Source: Rhizophagus irregularis (lineage: Eukaryota). Taken from it: DNA of 64,000 bases. Location of the stretch: the NCBI RefSeq assembly GCF_026210795.1, contig NC_089429.1, positions 558,001 through 622,000 on the forward strand, written 5' to 3'. This document shows positions 51,116-61,989 of this stretch, piece by piece. Below the pieces are notes generated by a model. It was not told where the DNA came from, searched no databases, and was given only the letters and a program-made list of their open reading frames with translations. Each line of letters starts with the position of its first letter. The first letter of the stretch is position 1. The position numbers and the translations under genes were made by a program.

Positions 51116-52811
51116 TTAATTTCTTTCATCTATAATAAAAAAAAAATAGTTTAATTAAAATTTAATAAAAAGTTACATGCAAAAGTAATTACCTTTAGAA
51201 TTAATATCAAGTTTAGTAAAATCCATTCTTAAGGAATCTGTAAAATAAAGAATAATTATTATTATAAATAGATTTGAATAATTATTTTGAATTAAAATTA
51301 CCTGAATATTCTAAGTCATCATTGTCTGCATTTTTTGGTTCGGGAAGATTTTTAAAATCTAAAAGTCTACTTGTGTAAACTGCTTGAGGATGTGTCATAT
51401 ATAAGAGAGTACTAGTAGACGATGATGGTGATTGAACTGTTGAAAATGATAATTTTTTATTAATTTCATCTGCTTCTTCGAATTGATCGATCACAGAATT
51501 TTTAAGCGAATAACAATATAAATTCTCTAATAACTCCCGTAATTTATTTGCTTTAGGTCGTTTTAAAGGATCTGCATCCCAACATTGATTAATAAGATCA
51601 AAAATTAATTGAGGAATTTTATAGTTAGATCTTGGCCTCAACCCTTTACAAATTTTCATTGCTAAGAATTCATCATGAGCTATATCATAATAAGGAGGGA
51701 AACCTGTACAAATTTCATATGCAATAATTCCGAATCCATAAATATCACTTGCTTGAGTATATTCTTTTCCTCTTAAAACTTCTGGAGCTACATAAGGTAT
51801 ATATTTTTTTATTACTATTTTGAGAGGATTTGACATTTGCTGGTTGACATAATCCCAAATCAGTAATATAAGCAAATGTAACAAAATCATCTAATATATT
51901 CCCACAATGAAAATCATGATGAATTAATCCTTTATTATGAATATCACTAAGACCACATGCAATACCAAATAAATACCCCAATTTTTTATCCCAACTCAGT
52001 GAAATAAAATTGTAATTTAAATGTTGTCTTAAACTACCATTTATTAATTCCATCACCATTATAAAATTATTTGTTTTTGGGTCTTTGGTAATACCAAAAC
52101 AACGAACTACATGACCACTTGAAAATGAACATACTATAATATTTGATTCAATCTTAAAAGAAATTATAGTTAGTTTAACATTTATAAAGGCTAATGAAGA
52201 TTTATAAAAAAATATCTTACTTCTTTTAAAAAATCTGTTGTAATGTCTTGTGAGTTATGTAAACATTTTAAAGCAACTTTAGTTTTTCTTATTCTTTTCC
52301 ATTTATTATTGTCATAATCCCAATAATCAATATATCCATCTTTCCAAACTGCTTTAAAAGTAGTTCCAAATCCCCCTTTTGCTAAATATTCAACATCTTC
52401 AAATTTATCATATTCAATCCACTCTATAACACATTGGAATTTTTCAGCTTTTAATTGTGCTTTTTGAATAAATTCATCAACGTCATGATTTCCACTTGTC
52501 CAATTTTTGAAATTTTGTTGAAATCTTTTAGAATTACATGGCTGACAATAATAATAATAATAAGTATTAGGCTGTTTACACTCATCACATAAACCATATT
52601 TTTTATAACGTTCTTTTAATTCTTTGTCTGTTATTAATTTATCAATTAACGATTCTTGTTCTTTAGTCAAATACCAATATTTGAAGTCTTTTATTTGTTC
52701 AAATATATCATCGCTTAGTTTTTCTTTATCAATTAACGACTTTTGTTCTTTAGTCAAACGATGATGACTAAAATTTTTTATTTGCTCAAATACATGTTTA
52801 ATTTTGTCCAT
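51116..52811 (-). pseudogene. Zinc-ribbon/NWTSGN TKL kinase of a second subfamily, frameshifted in the activation loop
   Basis: ORFs 52191-52811, 51745-52059 and 51282-51890; GGFG, VALK, HHDFHCGN, DLG; frame change near 51805 before PYVAPE. Confidence 0.8.
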
Positions 52812-53699
52812 TTTAATAAATAATCTATTAAACGAAAGTATATTATTAATTCGTATGTAAAAATTAAAAAATAATGAGGTGAAACGTTATTTTATGTTGC
52901 AATTGATTTCAAGATCGGCAACAAAATTATCAAAAAAAGACTAGTTAAAATACATAGAGGAAACACAACAATCCTGATCGACAATTAAATTTATTCAATT
53001 TTGGCAATTTTATTTAAATTCTCCATTAAAAGTAAGATTAAATGACAAATAAAATAAATAAAAGTTTAACTAAATATAGTAAGTATTATGTAACCAAAGA
53101 TTATTAATAATAAGTGACGAATTAAAAATGTTATTATAAACAATATGATGAAGAACTTTAGTAATATTTTGTATATCATAGGTGTAATTTATTGACGCAA
53201 TTGAAGTCTAAGCTTTAAGAAATCTATTTAATCTATTTATTCAATGTATTCTAGAATATTTATCCAAAGAGAGAATTTGGGAATTTGGAATTATTTTAAA
53301 GTAAATGAAATACAAATCTTTTCGCAAACTTATATAGATTGATATCGTATTGTAAAATAAAATTGATCTCATTAACGCTTACGTCATGCATCATATATAT
53401 TAATTTAGCTTATTTGTAATAATTTTTTTTTTAAAAAAAAAATATTCCACAAAAATAATTTCGTAAAAAATAATTTTAGTAGTTTAATAAAATTAATCAA
53501 TTTATTTAATGTATTCAAATAATGCCCTAATAAAGTTAATATCCTAGGTGTTAGGAAGTATAATGTACATATAGAGGGTGAATTATGTAAAAGGCGCGAA
53601 AATGTTTAGAAATAATAAATCTTTATATAAAAATTTGTATCATTCGTTAGATTAAATATAAACTTTATTAATTATAATACTAATTAATATTTAAATAAA

Positions 53700-54295
53700 T
53701 AGTATATTTATACTTATTTTACAAATCATACGTTCACATAATTATTTTGCAATATATACATTATAATAATTTGTAAATATATTCATTAAGTTTTATATAA
53801 AAAATATATAAATTACAAACTAAGGAACTACTTACTCTAATCTTAATGTTTAAAAATAATTCAAAATAAAACAATAATTGATTATCTTTCAATAAAATTT
53901 GTAAATAGTTTAAAATCCATCAAAAAGAAAGAACAAATATATTATTGAATTAAAAATTTATTTTCTATATTATAAACTGATCGAAACACGAAAGATAACG
54001 GTCCTTTAGTGACATATCTTTCATCAATCCAATATTGCTGTATAAATTTTAGAGAATCCTCCTCAATATTTTAATATGGGATCCATTTAATAATAATAAC
54101 ATTTTGCTCAAGTGTTTCCATTTGACAATTTTTTATTAAATTATTAATATCATTATTTCCAGATGTTCCACAAATTCCTCTTGTTCCTGAATAGAAAGAA
54201 TTTTATCTCGGTCGTAACTTTATTGCTTAAATCTAATTGGTTCAGTTTTTCTTCTGCTGTAAGAGAATTATCAGCAAGAATTGTTTGATGCATAA
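53700..54295 (-). pseudogene. Collapsed kinase remnant truncated by the foldback element
   Basis: Fragments ILADNSLTAEEKTEPI, YDRDKI, TSGNNDINNLIKNCQMETL, GGFSKIYT, plus the kinase-type 3' flank at ~53800-53920. Confidence 0.75.
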
Positions 54296-55419
54296 TTTTT
54301 ACACGAAGAATTTTTTTTTTATATTATTGGCTTTTTTTTTTATAAAACAATTTTTGTAGAGAATTTTTATTTTTAATATAGGCAAAGCTTTTTTTGATAA
54401 AATTATTTTGGGATTTATTTTAATAAAAAGACTTTTTAGTAAAAAATTTTGTTAGAGAATTTTTTTATTGATAGGGACATTTATGAGTTTTTTTTTCGAT
54501 GGATAAATTTTTTTTAATATGATTTTTTTTTTGAACATATACCTAATTTGTTGGAACAATTTTTTTTAACAGGATTTTTTTTTTTCATTGAGAATCTTTT
54601 TTTTTTGTAGAAAATTCTTTGGAGAATTTTTTTAATAGAAACGATTTTTTTGATAGAGAATTTCGTTAAAAATTTTTTTTTTTTAATAGGAGAGAGTTTT
54701 CCTTGATAAAGAATTTCTTTTGGGAATTTTTTTTAATAGGTGAAAGTATTTTTTGATGGTGAATTTTATTAGAGAATTTTTTTTTAATAGGAGGATTGTT
54801 CTTTGATAGGAAGATAAATAATTTCGCTGAGAATTTTTTTTTTTTTTTGATAGAAATTTCATCATAGAATTATTTTTTTAATAGGTAAAATATTTTTTTT
54901 TTTGATGGATCATTTCGTTAGTAAATTTTTTTAACAGGGGAGATTTTTTTTTTTTGATAGAGAATTTCGGTAAAGAATTTTTTTTTAATAGGAGGGAAGT
55001 TTTTTTTTTGATAGAAATTCTTTTTGAGAATTTTTTTTAATAGATAAGAATCTTTGAATTTTTTTTAATAGGGAAAATGTGTTTTTTTTTGATGGAAGAT
55101 TTTCGTTAGAATCGGGATATTTTTTTTTGATTGAGAATTTCATTAGAGAATTGTTGGTTGAAAAGTTTTTTTATTTTTTTTTTTTGATGGAGAATTTTGT
55201 TAGAAGTCGCAATAGAAAATTTTAATGAAATAGTTTTCTTTTAATAAGGGTATCGAGAATTTTGGCTTGAAATTTTTTTTTTTAATAAAGAATTTCATTA
55301 GAGATCTTTTCTTTATAAAAATTGATTGAAAATTTATTGAATTTTACAATTTTAATAAATTCCTCTTTTTTTTTTAATGGATATTATAAAATAAATGGTT
55401 TGCTAGTAGTTAAAGTTCT

Positions 55420-55607
55420 GCATGAGCTGGCTCGAGCTGAGCCAGGGCATAGCTCAAGCTCAGCTCCAAAATTAAGAGAGCTGAGTCCGCAATGAACTGA
55501 GCCACGGCAAATATTGGCTCAAGCTTTTTGAGCCAAGCCGAGCCATAATAAATCCTGGCTCAAGCCGAGCTGGACTTGAACTGGCTCGAGCTGGGCTTGA
55601 GCTTTAC
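55420..55607. repeat. GC-rich GAGCTG/GCTCGAG/GAGCC repeat cluster (transposon subterminal-like)
   Basis: Multiple direct and inverted CTGGCTC(G/A)AGC(T/C)GAGC motifs. Confidence 0.7.
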
Positions 55608-56559
55608 CTAAAAAAAAAAAGAGAGAAAATGGTGTTAATGATGTTTTATAACACCATTACACAGCCACATTCTCACCAAACAACACCTGCCGCATATTCC
55701 ATAGCCGGGAACCTAATAAAATAAAAAAAATTGGCATTAGTATTGTTTCAAATGCTATTATTCAACCACACTATACCAACCATGTGCGGCAATTCTTGCT
55801 GATTATATGAGTATTATATGGAAGGTGAAGGTGCTCCGGATTTATATCTAAAAAATCCTCGTGAGAGAGTTAAGGTTAATTATTCCACTATCTGGAAACC
55901 TGAAAAATAAAAAAAAAAGTTAGTGGGATTCCATAACACACCATACTATCCATACTTACCAACGAAAGGCTGAAGAACTAAAAGATAAAAAAAAAATTGC
56001 GTTATTGTTGTTCCATAATGCAATTTCATAACCATACTGTCCATAATTACTGTCCATACATTACACTACTTACACTCTACTTACCGTATAACTCCAAGGA
56101 TATAATCATATAATATTCATATATAACATAAATTAAAAAGTTTTTAAAATAATGTTAACTTTAAAAAAAGTATATAGCAGAAATTTGTTTGAAGTGTTTT
56201 CTCTTTTTATCATTAATAATATTAAATAATTGACATAAAAACATTTTTTGAAAATCTACCATTTTTTAAAATACTTTTAATATATATAAATAAAAATTGG
56301 GGATTGCTAAACGTTGCCCGGGCGATCATCGCCTGGCTTTTTTTTTTCAAATATGTCATATGATGTATCTAATTTATGATCGGTTATTATTGCAAAAGAT
56401 ATTTTTAAAAAAAATTATTTGCAAACATATTTATTCAAAATAATCTTATTTAATGAAATTTTATTTAAAATTTAAAGTCGCACATTTATGATTTTAAAGA
56501 AAAAAATCACCATATTTATTTTTATTGAAGTGTACAAATAAAAGAAATAATAACAATAA

Positions 56560-56870
56560 ATAAAAAAGAAAAGTAAATTACAATGATCAAGGAGAAAGAT
56601 GCTAATAAAAAAATGAAATAACAATGGAGTAATGGAAAGTAATAGAAGATGAAAGGGAGTAAAAATGTAATGAGAAGTGATAGGAAACAAAAAGGAGAAA
56701 TAGGACATGATGAGAGATGAAAAGGAGTGATGGGAGACGAAAAGAAGTGATAGAAGACAAAGAGGAGTGATGGGAGACGAAGAGAAGTGATGGGAAGATG
56801 AAGAGGAATGATGGGAGACGAAAAGGAGTAATAGGAGATGAAAAGAAGTGATGGGAAGATGGAGAGGAGT
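56560..56870 (+). repeat. Purine-rich ~20-bp minisatellite (GGAGTGATGGGAGACGAA)
   Basis: Directly visible. Confidence 0.8.
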
Positions 56871-57804
56871 AAAAATTTATTAAAATTGTAAAATTTAATA
56901 AAAATTTTCCAATAAATTTTCAATCAATTTTTTATAAAAAAAAGATCTCTAATGAAATTCTTTATTAAAAAAAAAAAAAAATTTCAAGCCAAAATTCTCG
57001 ATACCCTTATTAAAAGAAAACTATTTCAATAAAATTTTCTATTGCGACTTCTAACAAAATTCTCCATCAAAAAAAAAAATAAATAACTTTTCAACCAACA
57101 ATTCTCTAATGAAATTCTCAATCAAAAAAAAAATATCCCGATTCCAACGAAAATCTTCCATCAAAAAAACACATTTTCCCTATTAAAAAAAATTCAAAGA
57201 TTCTTACCAATTATTAAAAAAAAATTCAAAAGAATTTCTATATCAAAAAAAAAACTCTCCTCCTATTAAAAAAAAAAATCTTTACCGAAATTCTCTATCA
57301 AAAAATAATCTCCCCTGTTAAAAAAATTTACACTAACGAAATGATCTATCAAAAAAAAAAGTCTTACCTATTAAAAAAAAAAATTCTATTAAAGAAAAAT
57401 TCTTTAATGAAATTCTCTATCAAAAACAATCCCCCTATTAAAAAAAAATTCTCTAATAAAATTCTCCGTCAAAAAATACTTTCACCTATTAAAAAAATTC
57501 CCAAAAGAAATTCTTTATCAAGGAAAACTCCCTCCTATTAAAAAAAAATTCTTAACAAAATCTTCTATCGAAAAAAAATCTCACTTATTAAAAAAATTTT
57601 CTAATGAAATTATCTATTAAAAAAAAAATCTTCCCTATTAAAATTCTTCAAATAATTTTCTACAAAAGAAAAAATTCTCTATCAAAAAAAAAATCTTTCC
57701 TGTTAAAAAAAATTGTTCCAACAAATTAAGTATATGTCAAAAAAATCTTATAAAAAAAAAATTCTCCAATGAAATTTCTACCAAATAAAAGTTTTTAACG
57801 TAAC

Positions 57805-59850
57805 TAGTGTACTTTTGGATATAGTGAGTGAGTTTTATACTAATACTGCTAATAAATTAATAAAAGATTTTTTTATAACAATAGATTGTGTTTAGTGAGA
57901 TTTATAAAAAATTTAATGAGATTTCTTTTTAGTAATAGTTTGGTATAAAAAAATTTTCTGGGATTTTTTTTTAATAACAATATGTTGATAGTAGACAATT
58001 AACTTGTTAATAATTGTTTTTTAGTAAGATTTTTTTATAGTTCACAGTAACACTAATATTACTAGTAAGTAATATAAATGAAAGATTTTTATAACAATAG
58101 ATTACATTTAATAAGGTTAATAAAAAAATTTTCTGAGATTTATTTTAATAACAAAATTTTTGGTGATTATTTTTTTTAGTAACAATAGATTGGTAATAGA
58201 CAATAAAAAATGTTGTGAAAACATTAAAAACTGAACTGATAATGAATTGGTAAATCAGATCAGTTTTGGTCACAGTAATAATTGTCTATTACCAATCTAT
58301 TGCTACTAAAAAAAAAATCACCAAAAATTTTATCATATCTATTGTTATTTAAATAAATCCCAGAAAAGTTTATATATTGTACTATACTAATTTGTCATAA
58401 AAAAATTCCAGAAACTGATCTATTATATTAATAAAAAATCTAAAAAATTTTTTATATCTCTCCATTATAATATAGTACTGATCTGTTGTTATCAAAAAAA
58501 TTTTTTATATTGATTTATTGACTCTATTGTTAAAAAAAAATTCAGAAAATATATTTATATCAATCTATTATTAAAAAAAAAGTTAAAATTTTTTTATATC
58601 TATTCATTGTACTATACCAATCTATTGTTATTAAAAAAAAGTCTCAGTAAATTTTTTGTATTGATCTATTGTTATTAAAAAAAATCTCCCAAAATTTTTT
58701 TTATATGTCATTAAATATAATCTATTTATAAAAAATCTTTTATTAACTCATTAAACTAACTATTAATACCTATTAGTAGTAGTATTACTGGAAAAAATCT
58801 TACTAAAAAACAATTATTAATTGAACAAATTAATAATCAGTTGACTATTACCAATCTATTGTTATTAAAAAAAATCCAGAAAATTTTATACTGATATAAT
58901 GACTTATTGCTAAAAAAAATCCCAGAAAATATATTCATATCAATCTATTATTAAAAAAAAGAATTCAGAAATATTTTTTATATCTATACATTGTATTATA
59001 CCAATCTGTTATTATTAAAATAGATCCCAGAAAATTTTATTATATCTATCTATTGTACTATACCATTATATTATATCTCAAAAAATTTTTTTATTAACCT
59101 TATTAAATGTAATTAAAATCTTTTATTATCATTACTTATTAGTAATATTAGTGTTACTATGTTGAAGATAGGGCCGTCTGGCTAAGATAACGCATTACAA
59201 ATGTTGTCTACCTACTGAGTCTAACGATCACTCGACAGTGCACACGTGGGGTACTATACGTATGACGAGTGGTTTGTAGTTTAATTATATTAGAGTAGCT
59301 TTTAGAATCATACTATGTATACATATTCTTTTATTTTTCTACTTTAATAAAACTGCAAATGCGCTGCGATTAAAAAAAAAAAGTAATATTAGTACTGTGA
59401 ACTGTAAAAAAATTATTAACTTCCGTTAATAAGTTACCAATCTATTGTAATTAAAAAATAAATCACAGAAAATTTTTATTATATCTATCTATTGTGCTAT
59501 ACCAATATATTGTTATTAAGGAAGAATTCCAAAAAAAATTTATTATATCATCTATTATATGATACCAATTTACTGTTATTAAAAAAAAATTCCAAAAAAT
59601 TTATTACATCTATTTATTGTATAGTTAACCCTATTGTACTATTACTACTATGCTGATATATCGTTATTAAAAAAAAATTCTAGAAAATTTTTTATACAAA
59701 GCTATTCTTATTAAAAAAAATTTCATAAAATTTTTTCATAAATCTCACTAAACACAATCTATTGTTATAAAAAAATCTTTTATTAATTTATTAGTAGTAT
59801 TAGTATGCTTTTAAAATAAACTCACCCATTATATCCAAAAGTACACTAAT
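57805..59850. mobile_element. ~2-kb non-autonomous TIR element, copy 1
   Basis: TAGTGTACTTTTGGATATA at 57805 mirrored by TATATCCAAAAGTACACTA at ~59832-59850; ~170-bp TIR; internal CCAATCTATTGTTATTAAAA subrepeats; second copy at 61990. Confidence 0.85.
59159..59381 (+). mobile_element. Retroposed insert (LINE 3' tail or SINE) in TIR element copy 1
   Basis: AATAAA at 59346, poly(A) 59372-59382, flanking direct repeat AGTAATATTAGT(GTT)ACT. Confidence 0.8.
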
Positions 59851-59857
59851 ATAATTA

Positions 59858-61060
59858 AAAAAAAATCATTTTTTTTTTAATTTTTAATAACAAAAAACGT
59901 CAAGTCTGACGTTTTTAATTAAAAAAATCACTTTTTTTTTGATTTTTAATAACAAAAAACGTCAAGTCTGACGTTTTTAATTAAAAAAATCACTTTTTTT
60001 TGATTTTTAATAACAAAAAACGTCAAGTCTGACGTTTTTAATTAAAAAAAATATTTTTTTTGATTTTTAATAACAAAAAACGTCAAGTCTGACGTTTTTA
60101 ATTAAAAAAATATTTTTTTTTGATTTTTAATAACAAAAAATGTCAAGTCTGACGTTTTTAATTAAAAAAATCACTTTTTTTTTGATTTTTAATAACAAAA
60201 AACGTCAAGTCTGACGTTTTTAATTAAAAAAAATATTTTTTTTGATTTTTAATAACAAAAAACGTCAAGTCTGACGTTTTTAATTAAAAAAAATATTTTT
60301 TTTTGATTTTTAATAACAAAAAACGTCAAGTCTGACGTTTTTAATTAAAAAAAATTTTTTTTTTGATTTTTAATAACAAAAAACGTCAAGTCTGACGTTT
60401 TTAATTAAAAAAATCACTTTTTTTTGATTTTTAATAACAAAAAATGTCAAGTCTGACGTTTTTAATTAAAAAAATCACTTTTTTTTGATTTTTAATAACA
60501 AAAAACGTCAAGTCTGACGTTTTTAATTAAAAAAAATATTTTTTTTGATTTTTAATAACAAAAAACGTCAAGTCTGACGTTTTTAATTAAAAAATATATT
60601 TTTTTTGATTTTTAATAACAAAAAACGTCAAGTCTGACGTTTTTAATTAAAAAATATTTTTTTTTTGATTTTTAATAACAAAAAACGTCAAGTCTGACGT
60701 TTTTAATTAAAAAATATATTTTTTTTTTTGATTTTTAATAACAAAAAACGTCAAGTCTGACGTTTTTAATTAAAAAAAAATCATTTTTTTTGATTTTAAT
60801 AACAAAAAACGTCAAGTCTGACGTTTTTAATTAAAAAAATCACTTTTTTTTGATTTTTAATAACAAAAAACGTCAAGTCTGACGTTTTTAATTAAAAAAA
60901 ATCATTTTTTTTGATTTTTAATAACAAAAAACGTCAAGTCTGACATTTTTGATTAATAAAATCATTTTTTTTTTGATTTTTAATAACAAAAAACGTCAAG
61001 TCTGACTTTTTTAATTAAAAAATTTAATTTTTTTTTGTTTTTTAATCAAGTTTTTGACAT
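59858..61060. repeat. Satellite: 19 copies (plus 1 degenerate) of a ~60-bp palindromic unit
   Basis: Unit TGATTTTTAATAACAAAAAACGTCAAGTCTGACGTTTTTAATTAAAAAAATCACTTTTTTT; variation mostly in homopolymer length. Confidence 0.95.
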
Positions 61061-61989
61061 TTTTAATTAAAAAAAAAAAAAATTTTCACATTTTAATAAA
61101 AAATGATCAACATACAATTTCATGATCTGTCAAGTTAACATTCTTTTTGAGCAGCACAGTTAAACTCAGCGCAAAAAGTTTCCATAGTGAATGTTCACTT
61201 TCTCTGTACATGTACATGTACATGTTCATGTTCTTGCTCTTGTACTTGTACATGTACATGTACAGTACTGTACTAATATTTAAGATTAAACTGAGTGTTT
61301 TTTACGAAAAAGGCAATTTTTTTTGTATCCATGGCAACTATGCATGTGGATGATTTTCAAAAACGGAATAGAAAATTTTGGTGAAAATCTGACTGAAATG
61401 AAATGATCAACCAAAATTTTTGCCTTTTAAAGTAAAAAATCGCCTTAAAATCCTACTTGGGTGTTAATTATCCATCAAAAAAAAAACTCAGAAATGTCCC
61501 TATCAATGAAAAAAATTCTCTACCGAAATTTTTTATCAAAAAGAATCTTTTTATTAAAAAAATTCTATCAAACAAAGTCTTTGCCTATATAAGAATAGAA
61601 ATTCTACAAAAAAAAAAGCCAATAAAAAAAAATTATCTGTATAAAATTTTTAAAACTACGCTAAACTTAAAAACATGTGATCGACAAAATAACCCCTGCC
61701 GCCATCAAATTCTGCCAGGTGCCCACGATTAATTAATCGGTTAATATATAAATTTAGAAGTTTAGGAAAATTATTATAATTATTATGGCGTAGAGAGAGT
61801 ATATGAAATATTAAAAATAGGCAATAATTTTTTTGCTTGCTGTGTTGGCGTAGTTTTCTTCAAAAGTGTATTCCAAATTCGATTCTTAGACCACTACAAA
61901 TCATATACTGTAAAATAGAATGAGACGCTGGTTAATTCTGCCGTGTACAAGTAACGAAATTAATAAAATATAAATCTCAATTTATCAAC

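Larger units (their letters stand above)
54296..61646. mobile_element. Large foldback element with ~1.05-kb inverted arms; right arm split by a ~3.7-kb nested block
   Basis: 54510-55361 is the reverse complement of 56874-57763; 54296-54510 is the reverse complement of 61467-61646; arms are made of ~40-bp degenerate subrepeats. Confidence 0.8.

Noticed and set aside
56472..56923. Hydrophobic 78- and 133-aa ORFs
   Set aside because: Translation of a purine-rich minisatellite.
59858..61060. CRISPR-like array of palindromic repeats
   Set aside because: Inter-palindrome segments are near-identical rather than unique spacers; no cas genes; eukaryotic context.
54683..61732. ORFs 54683, 57341, 61147, 61457
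   Set aside because: Low-complexity translations of foldback arms and a microsatellite.
61783..61907. Possible terminal exon on the minus strand
   Set aside because: In-frame TAG near the acceptor and no upstream exons visible.
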